64,000 nt of DNA from an uncultured Bacillota bacterium (GTDB taxonomy: Bacteria; Bacillota; Clostridia; Oscillospirales; Oscillospiraceae): contig CANDKT010000002.1 of NCBI GenBank assembly GCA_947385365.1, positions 5,024-69,023 on the forward strand. Reading direction: 5' to 3'. Below the pieces are notes generated by a model. It was not told the origin of the DNA. It did no database searches and saw only the letters and a program-made list of their open reading frames with translations. The position numbers and the translations under genes are program-made. Positions within the stretch are counted from its first letter, which is position 1; each line of letters starts with the position of its first letter. Positions 35,519-54,952 of this stretch are shown here, in pieces.

Positions 35519-36634
35519 ATGGCAAGAAAAACCGTGGAACGCAACATCTCCTATGACGACATCCGCCGCCGCTGGTACGTGAGTATGGACCTGGGCCGGG
35601 ACGATCAGGGCAAACGGCGGAAACGTTACCGGACTTACACCAGCCTCCCCGCCGCCCGCGCCGGACTGCGCGAGTTCCTCTCACACCGCGAACAGGAAAT
35701 CTCCCTCTGCCGCTGCCCCATCACACTCGGACAGTGGCTGGATCAGTGGATGCAGACCATCGTTCGCCCCAACCGCGCCGAAACTACCGCCTACGCCTAT
35801 CAGAAAATTATCGACAACCACCTGCGCCCCGCCTTGGGGGATCGCCCCTTGCTGCGCCTCACCCCCGGCGATATCCAGCAGTACTACCTCCGCGTCCAGC
35901 AAGACGCCGGGTTGTCCTCCAATACCTTGCGCCATCACCATAATTTGCTCTCTTCCGCTTTCCGTGCCGCCGTAAAACAAAATATCTTGCTCCGCTCCCC
36001 TATGGACCGCGTGGAACCCCCTCGGGCCAGACTCCACGAAACCAATTTCTATAGCCCCGATACCCTCAAACGCCTCTATAGCCTCCTGGCCGGACGCCCC
36101 CTGGAACTGCCCGCACGCCTGGCCGGCAGCCTCGGCCTGCGACGCGGCGAACTGTGCGGCCTGAAATGGGAAAACGTCGATTTTCAACGACAGGTGATCT
36201 GTATCTGTGAGGCCCGCACTACCTTCGGCGCAGAGGTCGTCCAAAAAGAACCCAAAAATAACGCCTCCGTCCGTACCCTCTACATACCAGACGAAATCCT
36301 TCAACTCCTTAGCTCCGAGTGGAACCGTCAACAGTATTCCCCCCAACCTCTCGACGGCTACGTCATCCGGAACCGGAAAGGTCAGCCTTACTCCCCAAAC
36401 GCCCTCTCCCTCGCCTTTACCCGCTTCGTTCGGAAAAATCACCTGCCTTGCCTTACCCTCCACGGCCTCCGGCACTCCTTCGCTACCGTCGCCGCTTGCC
36501 AGGGCGTCCCCCTCTTCGATATCGGTAAAGCCCTCGGCCACGCCAACCCATCCACCACTGGCCGTATCTATACCCACCTCGTCGACCGTACCCACACCGA
36601 AACCTTAACCCGAGTCTCGAACGCACTCCGTTAA
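35519..36634 (+). CDS. Tyrosine recombinase/integrase with N-terminal arm-binding-like domain
   Basis: Catalytic set intact: GLRRGE (R), EPK (K), HGLRH, LGH, TTGRIYTH (Y). N-terminal WYVSMDLGRDDQGKRRKRYRT is typical of ICE/phage integrase arm domains. AAGGAGG RBS. Confidence 0.95.
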   Translation: MARKTVERNISYDDIRRRWYVSMDLGRDDQGKRRKRYRTYTSLPAARAGLREFLSHREQEISLCRCPITLGQWLDQWMQTIVRPNRAETTAYAYQKIIDNHLRPALGDRPLLRLTPGDIQQYYLRVQQDAGLSSNTLRHHHNLLSSAFRAAVKQNILLRSPMDRVEPPRARLHETNFYSPDTLKRLYSLLAGRPLELPARLAGSLGLRRGELCGLKWENVDFQRQVICICEARTTFGAEVVQKEPKNNASVRTLYIPDEILQLLSSEWNRQQYSPQPLDGYVIRNRKGQPYSPNALSLAFTRFVRKNHLPCLTLHGLRHSFATVAACQGVPLFDIGKALGHANPSTTGRIYTHLVDRTHTETLTRVSNALR

Positions 36635-36639
36635 TCAAA

Positions 36640-36675
36640 ATTCCCCCAGACCTAATCAATAGGTCCAGGGGAATC
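36640..36675. terminator. Hairpin between the convergent integrase and rnj genes
   Basis: ATTCCCCCAGACCTA...TAGGTCCAGGGGAAT. Confidence 0.55.
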
Positions 36676-36679
36676 CTCT

Positions 36680-38335
36680 TTATACTTCCATGATAACCGG
36701 CAGAATCATCGGACTCCGCTTCGTCTTGCGGTACAAGTAGTTCGACAGCGCGCCCTTGATGTTCCCCTTGATCGCCGACCAGTCCGATACCCGCGCGTCC
36801 GTGCTGAGTATCGCGTCTAACGCAACTTGCCGAAGCTCCTCCAAAAGTCCCTCCGACTCCTTCACATACACAAATCCCCGCGTGATTATGTCCGGCCCAG
36901 ACAGTAAACTCCCGTCTTCCCCAGACATCGACAGCACTATCACAATCACTCCGTCCTCCGCTAAGTGCCTGCGATCCCGTAACACAACACTCCCGACATC
37001 GCCAACCCCTAGCCCGTCGACAAATACTTGCCCCGCTGTCACCGTCCCCGCTAACCGCGCCGTGTTCGACGTGAACTCCATCACTCGCCCAATCTCACTA
37101 ATCAGTATGTTCCGCGAGTCCATCCCCATCTCTCGCGCTAACCGCGCGTGTATCTGCAACATCCGCTGCTCCCCGTGAACCGGGACAAAAAATCGCGGCT
37201 TTACCAATGCGTGGACGATCTTCAACTCCTCCTGGCACGCATGACCCGAGACGTGAAGCGCTAAGTCCCGCTCGTTCATCACCTCTACGCCCTTCCGGTA
37301 CAGCTCGTTCACTACGTTCCCTATCGCGTTCTCGTTCCCAGGTATCGCACTCGCCGAAATAATCACCCGATCCCCCGGAATCAAATCAACCTGCCGGTGC
37401 GTGTTGAACGCCATCCGCGTCAGCGCCGACATCGTTTCCCCTTGACTGCCCGTCGTGATGATGCAAACCCGATCCTTCGGTAACGACTTGATGTGACTCA
37501 GATCCATCAGCGTCCCGTCCGGGATGTTCATATACCCCAGCTCCGTCGACACCTTCATCACGTTCTCCATCGAACGCCCCGTTACCGCTACCTTCCGCCC
37601 GTAACGCGCCGCTACGTCTATGATCTGCTGGATGCGGTCCACATTCGACGCGAACGTCGTCACGATGATCCGCTCCTCACAGCCGCGGAACAGCGCGTCA
37701 AAAGACGCCCCTACACTGCGTTCACTGCGCGTGTAACCAGGACGCTCCACGTTCGTGGAATCCGCCAGCAACGCCAGTACGCCTTCCTTGCCCAGTTCGC
37801 CTAAACGCCCCAGGTCCATCATTCCTCCCTGAATCGGCGTCGCGTCAATCTTGAAGTCCCCCGTGTGAACGCACACGCCTACCGGACACTTGATCGCAAA
37901 GGCTACCGCGTCCGCTATGGAATGGTTCACGTGGATGAACTCTACGCTGAATTTCCCCGCCTTCACAACGTCCCCAGCTTCGCACGTAATCAGCTTCGTG
38001 CGGTCCAGAAGCCGGTGTTCCTCCAGCTTCAGCTGGATCAGGCCCGCCGACATCCGCGTGGCGTAAATCGGCGCGTTCACCGAACGCAGTACGTAAGGCA
38101 ACGCTCCGATATGGTCCTCGTGCCCGTGAGTGATGAAAATCCCTCGGATCTTCTGCTGGTTCTTAATCAGATAGCTGACGTCCGGGATGACTACGTCGAT
38201 GCCGTACATATCATCGTCCGGAAACCCCATGCCGCAGTCTACCACGACGATGTCTCCGTTGTACTCGTAAACCGTGAGGTTCTTCCCGATCTCGTTCAGA
38301 CCGCCCAGGGAAATGATTTTCAGTTTTTCTGCCAT
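36680..38335 (-). CDS. rnj: Ribonuclease J
   Basis: LGGLNEIGKN, THGHEDHIG, HTGDFKID, TGSQGE and HVSGHA motifs. Confidence 0.97.
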   Translation of the reverse strand: MAEKLKIISLGGLNEIGKNLTVYEYNGDIVVVDCGMGFPDDDMYGIDVVIPDVSYLIKNQQKIRGIFITHGHEDHIGALPYVLRSVNAPIYATRMSAGLIQLKLEEHRLLDRTKLITCEAGDVVKAGKFSVEFIHVNHSIADAVAFAIKCPVGVCVHTGDFKIDATPIQGGMMDLGRLGELGKEGVLALLADSTNVERPGYTRSERSVGASFDALFRGCEERIIVTTFASNVDRIQQIIDVAARYGRKVAVTGRSMENVMKVSTELGYMNIPDGTLMDLSHIKSLPKDRVCIITTGSQGETMSALTRMAFNTHRQVDLIPGDRVIISASAIPGNENAIGNVVNELYRKGVEVMNERDLALHVSGHACQEELKIVHALVKPRFFVPVHGEQRMLQIHARLAREMGMDSRNILISEIGRVMEFTSNTARLAGTVTAGQVFVDGLGVGDVGSVVLRDRRHLAEDGVIVIVLSMSGEDGSLLSGPDIITRGFVYVKESEGLLEELRQVALDAILSTDARVSDWSAIKGNIKGALSNYLYRKTKRSPMILPVIMEV

Positions 38336-38720
38336 ACTAACTCCTTACTCAATTTGTGTTCCGGATGTATCCCAGCCGAAAAACCCGTCAAATATGCGCC
38401 GCGCCTGAGACACAGCAACAGGACGAAGGACTGCTTCCTCACCGGCCCTGCCTCGCCAACGGGATGCACTGTCTCTTCGCCTTTCCGGGCTCCTCTGCCT
38501 TTGGGTCCCGCAGACCATCCCCGCCTGTCCCACGGTTCGGGTCCTGCGGACGGTATTTAGACGCCAGGGCGGGAGCTGCGCCCCCGGCCCTTCTGCGTTT
38601 AAATCAAAACAGACCGTGCCTTGCGGGACCCGTAGGGGTCCCCAGCAAGGGCACAACAGCTGTTCCTTAGTTTACCACACTTTCCTCCAAAAGTATACTA
38701 TGCGTTTCCGGAGAATAAAA

Positions 38721-41084
38721 TCATGTTTCCCGCCCCTTTTCTTGGTCATCTTGCTTGGATGCCGCCCGATCCAACGCCGCCGCGCGCCCCGCGTAGAAGT
38801 CGCACAGCTCCGCCGCCAGTTCCAGATCCGGCCCCTCCGCCATCACGCGTAAGGCAGAACGCCGCGCCAGAGGAGTGAGGTAAACCCAGCCGTTGCCCGT
38901 CCGCAGACGTAGACCTTCCCCTTGCCCGGCGTTGGCGTACTCCCCAGCCAACGCCTGCATGACCTTCCCACGGTCCGAGGATAAGGGGACCTCCCGCTTC
39001 CAGACGCTGAAACGGGGCGTTTTGGAGATCAGCGTCTCCAGGCTTTGCCCCGACGTCATCATCCGCGCGCAAATGCGGGCCGCCGCGCTGGGCGCGGACC
39101 AGAACCAAGGTAATCCACTGTACAGTTCCCGCGCCGCCTGACCGTCCCGGTCTAAACGCAGAACCTCGCCGCCGTAGCCCGCCGCAACTAAATCGACCGC
39201 CGCGCTCGCTCCAGCAGGTACCGCCAGCTTCCCGCTGCCGTCCTCCATCTCAATGAGCGCGATCAACGCCAAAAGCTGCCCGGAGTCCAGCAGCGCGCCC
39301 TTTTCATCCTGCGCCGTCAGCCGGAACCCTCCGTGTCCCGCGCTGAACGCCGGGATACCTGGCCGCCATTGGTCCTCCAACCGACAGTCCAACGCCAGCA
39401 GAATCGCACGGATCGCCAGATCCGCCGGGCTGTCATACCCTACCGCTACCGTCACACGTCGTAAAGACGGATGCCCTAACACAGCCGCCTGCGCCGCAAT
39501 CCGCGCCCACTCCCCTTGGGACAGCTCCAACCGCTCCAAATGCCCCACTTGCCCGGCTCGGACACGGGACAGCTCTCCCTGCGCCAGCGTGTGTTCCAGC
39601 TTCCGCTGCGCGGCGCGTTCCAAGGGAAGCCCTTGCCGGTCGAACAGATGCAGAAAAATACGCCCGTTCTCCTCCTCCACGAACAGAGAAACCGAAAACG
39701 CTTGCCGCGCCGCCAGCCAAGCTCCTTGCACGGGGACCGGCAGCCCGTGCGTCACCGCCCGGCCGCCCGCCGCCGCAATCCCAGCCGCCGCCGCCCGCGC
39801 CAGCATCCTGGCCCCCGGTGTGTCGCTGCAACCTAAGCCCGTGTCGCCCATCGACGCCAACGCGCTCCCTAAAGCCAGCAGCCCTTCCGGCCCTAAGTCC
39901 TCCCCAAGCGTCCCCTGAATGACGCCGCCGTCGCCAAAACGCAACATTCCCTTCTGACTCCCGCTGGTGACGGAGCGGGCCAGCCGACAGGCCGCCGGAG
40001 CCGTCTGCCCCGGCCACAGCTTCACCCGCTCCAATAACGTCGAACCTTCCTCCGCCAGCGCGTTCTCCCCCAGAACCGCGCCCTCGTTGAGCGTCGCGCT
40101 CCGCTGCGCCGCCGCCCCACGGCACAAAATCGCTCCGTACAACGTGGTCCTCGGACCGGCGGAGGCGTTCTCCAACAGGACCGAACGCTGGACCATCGCC
40201 CGTTCGCCGACCTCGCTGCCCGACTCCAACACCGTGTGCGGCCCGATGAGACAGCCCTTGCCAAACCGCACGTTTTCCCCAATCCAGCAGGGCGGTACAA
40301 CGGAAACTTCCGGCGGAACAGGCTGCGCGCTCCAAACGCCAGGCGACCGCTGCGGCAGACCCGCGTCCAGCTTGACCTTTCCGCTCAGCGCGTCGCACAC
40401 GCAGTTCAAATAGGCCCCGCAGTCGCCCATGTCACACCAGTAGCCCTCCAAAGCACAGCTGTACAGGGGCGCGCCTTGCGCCAGCATGGCGGGGAACAGG
40501 TCCCGCCCAAAATCGTAAGCGCCCGTCTCCGGCACACGGGCCATAGTCGCCGGGGAAAGCACATAGATGCCCGTGTTCACCAGATCCGTGACTACCTGCC
40601 CCCAAGAGGGCTTTTCCACAAAACGTTCCACCCGCCCGTCCGGACCGGCTACCACCAGACCGTATTCCAGCGGCGCGGGGTGATGACACAACACTAACGT
40701 CGCCTCCGCCTGACGCTCCTGGTGAGCGCGGACGGCACGGCTCAGGTCCAGATCACACACGCAGTCCCCGCTGATGACCAGAAACGTCTCGTCCCCCAGA
40801 TGCCCCATGCAGTTCCGGACGCTGCCCGCCGTGCCTAACGGCTCCTCTTCGATGAAGTAGGTCAGCTGCACCCCCAGCCGCTCGCCGCTCCCAAACCAGT
40901 CCATCACCGCCTGAGGCCGGAAGCAGAGCGTCACGCAAATGTCCTTGACACCGTGGTCCCGGAGCAGACAGAGAATGTGTTCCATTACCGGACGGCCCAG
41001 CAGCGGCGTCATAGGTTTCGGCCTCCCCAGCGACAGAGGACGCAGACGAGTCCCTTCCCCGCCCGCCATGATGACAGCTTTCAA
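38721..41084 (-). CDS. Sugar-phosphate nucleotidyltransferase (mannose-1-P guanylyltransferase-like) + left-handed beta-helix + degenerate phosphomannomutase-like domain
   Basis: KAVIMAGGEGTRLRPL, EEPLGTAGSV, FVEKP, YWCDMGD, hexapeptide repeats and a C-terminal PGM/PMM-like fold. TTG start after GGAGAAGG. Confidence 0.85.
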   Translation of the reverse strand: MKAVIMAGGEGTRLRPLSLGRPKPMTPLLGRPVMEHILCLLRDHGVKDICVTLCFRPQAVMDWFGSGERLGVQLTYFIEEEPLGTAGSVRNCMGHLGDETFLVISGDCVCDLDLSRAVRAHQERQAEATLVLCHHPAPLEYGLVVAGPDGRVERFVEKPSWGQVVTDLVNTGIYVLSPATMARVPETGAYDFGRDLFPAMLAQGAPLYSCALEGYWCDMGDCGAYLNCVCDALSGKVKLDAGLPQRSPGVWSAQPVPPEVSVVPPCWIGENVRFGKGCLIGPHTVLESGSEVGERAMVQRSVLLENASAGPRTTLYGAILCRGAAAQRSATLNEGAVLGENALAEEGSTLLERVKLWPGQTAPAACRLARSVTSGSQKGMLRFGDGGVIQGTLGEDLGPEGLLALGSALASMGDTGLGCSDTPGARMLARAAAAGIAAAGGRAVTHGLPVPVQGAWLAARQAFSVSLFVEEENGRIFLHLFDRQGLPLERAAQRKLEHTLAQGELSRVRAGQVGHLERLELSQGEWARIAAQAAVLGHPSLRRVTVAVGYDSPADLAIRAILLALDCRLEDQWRPGIPAFSAGHGGFRLTAQDEKGALLDSGQLLALIALIEMEDGSGKLAVPAGASAAVDLVAAGYGGEVLRLDRDGQAARELYSGLPWFWSAPSAAARICARMMTSGQSLETLISKTPRFSVWKREVPLSSDRGKVMQALAGEYANAGQGEGLRLRTGNGWVYLTPLARRSALRVMAEGPDLELAAELCDFYAGRAAALDRAASKQDDQEKGRET

Positions 41085-41118
41085 AACCTTCTCCCATCCT
41101 TCCATACTTGATGGAAGG

Positions 41119-41148
41119 TAGTATGCCTTGCCAAAAGCCAGTCTATTC
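41119..41148 (-). promoter_or_regulatory. Putative sigma-G (forespore) promoter
   Basis: GAATA-N18-CATACTA, matching the Bacillus SigG consensus GHATR-N17/18-CATAMTA. Confidence 0.5.
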
Positions 41149-41160
41149 CAGCCGCCGCGC

Positions 41161-41200
41161 AAAAGTCCCTTGTCCAGGCTCCCGCCCGGACAAGGGACTT
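41161..41200 (-). terminator. Intrinsic terminator after asnS
   Basis: AAGTCCCTTGTCC...GGACAAGGGACTT with a short T tail on the minus strand. Confidence 0.7.
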
Positions 41201-41214
41201 AACTTCACATGGAT

Positions 41215-42609
41215 TCAGAACTCCGCGTTGCCCACCGTTCTGGGGTGCAACTCCACGTCCCGGATGTTGCTGATGCCCGTCAGGTACATGACCATACGCT
41301 CAAACCCTAAACCGTACCCGGCGTGACGGCAGGACCCGTACCGGCGCAGATCGCAGTACCACCAGTAGTCCTCCGGATTCATGCCTAACTCCTTGATGCG
41401 CTGTTCCAGCACTTGGAGACGTTCTTCTCGCTGGCTTCCGCCGATGATCTCGCCGATGCCGGGGACTAAGCAGTCCGCAGCGGCGACCGTCTTGCCGTCG
41501 TCGTTGAGACGCATATAAAAAGCCTTGATCTCCCGGGGGTAGTCGGTGACGAAAACCGGACGTTTGAACACCTGCTCGGTGAGGTAACGCTCATGCTCGG
41601 TCTGAAGGTCACAGCCCCACTCCACTTTATAGTCAAACTGATCGTTGTGAGGCTTCAGCAGTTCAATCGCCTCGGTGTACGTGACGCGCCCGAAGTCGGA
41701 GGAAGCGACGTGTTCCAGCCGCTGCTTCAGACCCTTGTCCACAAAGGCGTTGAAAAAGTCCATCTCGTCCGGACAGCGTTCCATCACGTAACGGATGATA
41801 TACTTTATCATTGCCTCGGCGGTGTCCATGTAGTCGCTCAGGTCGGCAAAAGCCATCTCCGGTTCAATCATCCAAAACTCAGCGGCGTGGCGCGGGGTGT
41901 TGGAGTTCTCCGCCCGGAAGGTCGGGCCGAATGTGTACACGTTGCCGAACGCCATAGCAAAGTTCTCCGCGTTGAGCTGGCCGGAAACGGTCAGGCTGGT
42001 CTTCTTGCCGAAGAAGTCCTTGGAGTAGTCCACCCGACCATCAGCAGTACGGGGGACGTCGTTCAAATCCAGCGTCGTCACCTGGAACATCTCACCGGCG
42101 CCCTCGGCGTCGCTGCCGGTGATGAGGGGCGTGTTGATGTAAACGAAACCCCGGTCCTGGAAGAAACAGTGGACGGCGTGCGCCGCTACAGAGCGTACCC
42201 GGAAAGCAGCGGAAAATAAATTCGTCCTGGGCCGCAGGTGCTGGATGGTACGCAGGTACTCCACACCGTGCCGCTTCTTTTGAAGGGGGTACTCCGGCGA
42301 GGAGGGACCTTCCACCGTAATGGAAGCGGCCTTTACTTCCAACGGCTGCTTGGCCTGGGGGGTGAGCGTCACCGTACCGGTGACGATCAGCGCCGCGCCT
42401 ACGTTCTGCGCGGCGATCTCCTTGTAGTTGCCCAAAACATTGGCGTCCATGACCACCTGGAGGTTTTTGAAACAGGAACCGTCGTTCAACTCGATAAACC
42501 CGAAGGTCTTCATATCCCGGATGGTCCTGGCCCAGCCCATGACCGTGACAGTCTGACCATCCAAGCTCTGCCCATCGGCGAAAACGGCAGCGATAGCAGT
42601 ACGTTCCAT
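41215..42609 (-). CDS. asnS: Asparagine--tRNA ligase
   Basis: [50 protein letters not shown] and GYGLGFER motifs. Confidence 0.97.
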   Translation of the reverse strand: MERTAIAAVFADGQSLDGQTVTVMGWARTIRDMKTFGFIELNDGSCFKNLQVVMDANVLGNYKEIAAQNVGAALIVTGTVTLTPQAKQPLEVKAASITVEGPSSPEYPLQKKRHGVEYLRTIQHLRPRTNLFSAAFRVRSVAAHAVHCFFQDRGFVYINTPLITGSDAEGAGEMFQVTTLDLNDVPRTADGRVDYSKDFFGKKTSLTVSGQLNAENFAMAFGNVYTFGPTFRAENSNTPRHAAEFWMIEPEMAFADLSDYMDTAEAMIKYIIRYVMERCPDEMDFFNAFVDKGLKQRLEHVASSDFGRVTYTEAIELLKPHNDQFDYKVEWGCDLQTEHERYLTEQVFKRPVFVTDYPREIKAFYMRLNDDGKTVAAADCLVPGIGEIIGGSQREERLQVLEQRIKELGMNPEDYWWYCDLRRYGSCRHAGYGLGFERMVMYLTGISNIRDVELHPRTVGNAEF

Positions 42610-42754
42610 TCTGATATCCTCTCCATATCTTTTTTTGCGGGAGGCAGGGCAGGAAGTGTTTCCAACACCCGCGCATCCGGCGCGTTGACCCTTATTATAT
42701 CGCCTCCTCCGGTATTTTACAAGCGTCTGCGGGAATTTTCGCGAAAATCCATGA

Positions 42755-52444
<9,690 letters not shown>

Positions 52445-52474
52445 TTTCCGCGTTCCACTCGCACAGTAAATCCC

Positions 52475-52510
52475 AGAAGGGCTGGCCGATTTTCGGCCAG
52501 CCCTTCTTTT
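52475..52510 (+). terminator. Intrinsic terminator
   Basis: AGAAGGGCTGGCCGA-TTT-TCGGCCAGCCCTTCT followed by Ts. Confidence 0.85.
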
Positions 52511-52644
52511 CCGCAAACGCAACCCAGCCGCCTTACGACGGACCGTAGAGCCGGAGAGGTTCCAAAATCAACACATTCGCTTGTGTTTCCGGAAACTACT
52601 TGCTATAATAAGGTCAGGATACTGAACAAAAAGGAGGTCTTCCC

Positions 52645-53055
52645 ATGACTGACCAGGAATTGGTGGCGCAGGCCATCGCAATGCAGGAATTTTCTTACGT
52701 TCCCTACTCCAAATTTCCCGTGGGAGCAGCACTCTTATGCGCCGACGGTACAGTATTTACCGGCTGCAACGTGGAAAACTCCGCCTACGGCTCCACCATC
52801 TGCGCGGAACGCACCGCGTTGCTCAAGGCGGTGAGCGAGGGCCGACGGTCCGGTTGGACCGCCATCGCAATCGCCGGTCAGGGCGAGGATTATTGCTGGC
52901 CCTGCGGAGCCTGCCGGCAGATGCTCTACGAGTTCGCCCCGGATTTACGGGTCCTGGCAGCCCGGCGGGACGGCGCGTTCCAGACCGCTACGCTCTCCCA
53001 ACTCCTGCCCCACGGATTCGGCCCAGCCTCCCTGAACATGGGCCGGGATACCTGA
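52645..53055 (+). CDS. cdd: Cytidine deaminase (homotetrameric type)
   Basis: YVPYSKFPVGAAL, GCNVENSAY, CAERTA and PCGACRQ motifs. Confidence 0.95.
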   Translation: MTDQELVAQAIAMQEFSYVPYSKFPVGAALLCADGTVFTGCNVENSAYGSTICAERTALLKAVSEGRRSGWTAIAIAGQGEDYCWPCGACRQMLYEFAPDLRVLAARRDGAFQTATLSQLLPHGFGPASLNMGRDT

Positions 53056-53189
53056 ACTTCCTACTCCAGCCGCCTCCAGGCGGCTGCTTTTTTTCAAATT
53101 TTTCGCCCCCACTTGAGATTTTTCACCCCCGCCGCGGGTATTCTTAGTGAAAGGCCTTTCACGAACCTGTACCGAAAGGAGGGACCGTC

Positions 53190-53702
53190 TTGACGGAGGA
53201 AGCGTTCAGCCAAGCGGCTCGGACCTACGGCGATATGGTGTACCGGGTGGCACTCCACGCCTTGCGCAACCCTGCCGACGCCGAGGATGTCATGCAAACC
53301 GTGCTGCTGAAGCTCTTCCAGCACCCCCGCGGCTTCGAGAGCGAAGCGCATATGAAACATTGGCTCCTGCGGGTCGCGGTCAACGAGAGCCGCCGCTTGC
53401 TGCGCGCCTTCTGGCGGCGGACATCGGCGCCGCTGGAGGAGTGGCTGGAAACACCCGCACCAGAGGACAGCCAGCGTGCGGAAGTGTTCCAGGCCGTGAT
53501 GGCACTGGAACGGAAGTACCGCCTGACCATATACCTCTACTACTACGAGGGCTGCACCGTCGCCGAGACGGCGGCGGTCCTGCACGCCAAACCGTCCACC
53601 GTCCAGACTTGGCTGTTCCGCGCCAGAGAACAACTGCGCCAGTCGCTGAGAGAGAACTCAGAGGAAGGAGAAGCATATGTTCGACCTGAGATCGTACCGT
53701 GA
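53190..53702 (+). CDS. ECF RNA polymerase sigma factor
   Basis: DAEDVMQTVLLKL, HWLLRVAVN and region-4 YYYEGCTVAETA...STVQTWLFRAR motifs. Confidence 0.9.
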   Translation: MTEEAFSQAARTYGDMVYRVALHALRNPADAEDVMQTVLLKLFQHPRGFESEAHMKHWLLRVAVNESRRLLRAFWRRTSAPLEEWLETPAPEDSQRAEVFQAVMALERKYRLTIYLYYYEGCTVAETAAVLHAKPSTVQTWLFRAREQLRQSLRENSEEGEAYVRPEIVP

Positions 53703-54357
53703 AACCTGCGACGCGCTCCACGCGCCCGCAGAAAAAATCGAGGAGGTCATCGCTATGACAGAACACAAAAAAACTATCGTACACCGGCCCGTTCGGGCCG
53801 CCCTGATCGCCGCCGCCGCTATCGCTTTGATGGCCGTGGGCGTCAGCGCCGCCAATCCCGAGGGCTTCCAGGAATTTTGGTACCGCTTCGCGCAAGTCAC
53901 CCAAGTCGATCCGTATCGCGCCGATATAACCACCGAGGAAGGCGAAAAGGTGACGGTGATGAACGTCCCCCATACGCATCTGGAAAACCGGGACGGTCGG
54001 GCTATTCTGGTGATGGACGGCAGAGACATCGCCGATATCACCGAGGCCCTGGAGAAAGAACAGCACTACGTCTACGGGGAAACCACCACCGGCAGCAAAA
54101 TCTCCCTGACCGTGGACGGGACGCTCGAAACGTGGAGTATCAAAACCGACGTAGGCACGCTTACAGAAGACGGAAGCTATAATTGGTTCGGCGGAGTGAC
54201 CACCACCAGCGAGGACTGGAACACAAGTCTGGGCGCGCAGCTCATAGATAACGGCAACGCCTTGTTCAACAGTGTGGAGGCCAGCGAGGGCGGACTGGTC
54301 GCGGAAGTCGAAACGACCGTCTGCATCACAGACGCAGACGAGGCTCCACAGCCCTGA
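53677..54357 (+). CDS. Putative anti-sigma factor (single TM)
   Basis: Overlaps the ECF sigma 3' end. Short cytoplasmic N-terminus, one TM helix, acidic extracellular domain. Confidence 0.65.
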   Translation: MFDLRSYRETCDALHAPAEKIEEVIAMTEHKKTIVHRPVRAALIAAAAIALMAVGVSAANPEGFQEFWYRFAQVTQVDPYRADITTEEGEKVTVMNVPHTHLENRDGRAILVMDGRDIADITEALEKEQHYVYGETTTGSKISLTVDGTLETWSIKTDVGTLTEDGSYNWFGGVTTTSEDWNTSLGAQLIDNGNALFNSVEASEGGLVAEVETTVCITDADEAPQP

Positions 54358-54391
54358 ACGCAACGTCAAAATTTCCAATCCTTCCCTTCGC

Positions 54392-54420
54392 GCATAAAAC
54401 GTTCCAGAGCGGACAAACTA
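54392..54420 (+). promoter_or_regulatory. Putative sigma-G/F promoter for the DUF378 gene
   Basis: GCATA-N17-CAAACTA. Confidence 0.5.
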
Positions 54421-54453
54421 CACCCGTATCACGAGTAGAGGAGGGAATCTGAC

Positions 54454-54666
54454 GTGATGATGGACAAAATCGCCCTGACCTTGCTGATTATCGGCGGGGT
54501 GAACTGGGGTTGTGTGGGTCTGTTCGGCTTCGACCTGGTGGCCTTCGCCTGCGGCGGCTCCGCCAGCATGATTAGCCGCGTGATCTATACCGTCGTGGGC
54601 CTGTCCGCCCTGTGGTGCATTTCACTGCTGTTCCGAGACCGTGACCCCGTGGAAGAGCGAGGCTGA
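54454..54666 (+). CDS. DUF378 (YuzA-like) small membrane protein
   Basis: IALTLLIIGGVNWGCVGLFGFDLVA...SRVIYTVVGLSALW family motif. Confidence 0.9.
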   Translation: MMMDKIALTLLIIGGVNWGCVGLFGFDLVAFACGGSASMISRVIYTVVGLSALWCISLLFRDRDPVEERG

Positions 54667-54725
54667 AACAACTCCTTACAGTCATAAAACAGGACCTGGA
54701 CCAGAACAGTCCAGGTCCTTCTTTG

Positions 54726-54826
54726 ATGCGGATAAATATCCATTTATCCATGAAAATATTCAAAAAATATTCATTTTTGGTGAAAATATCTGGAAAATAT
54801 CCGGATATTGATGCATAATTATTGGA
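54726..54826 (+). promoter_or_regulatory. AT-rich region with probable ARG boxes (ArgR operators)
   Basis: CGGATAAATATCCA, TGAAAATATTCA and TGCATAATTATT resemble the ARG box TGAATwwwwATTCA, upstream of the arg operon. Confidence 0.55.
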
Positions 54827-54952
54827 AAAAGTGCTTGCAATTCCACCGAAAGCGTGGTAGACTGTTGCCACAATAGGCGGAAAGACGTGCCGGATGGGGT
54901 CGATCAGAACAAAACCGGCGGTCCCGCCCGTAATTTTGGGAGGAATGGACTC

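Noticed and set aside
35519-36634. Integrase as the edge of a prophage or ICE
   Set aside because: No excisionase, repressor, replication, conjugation or structural genes and no tRNA target nearby. It is flanked by rnj and the S-layer gene. A relic origin cannot be fully excluded.
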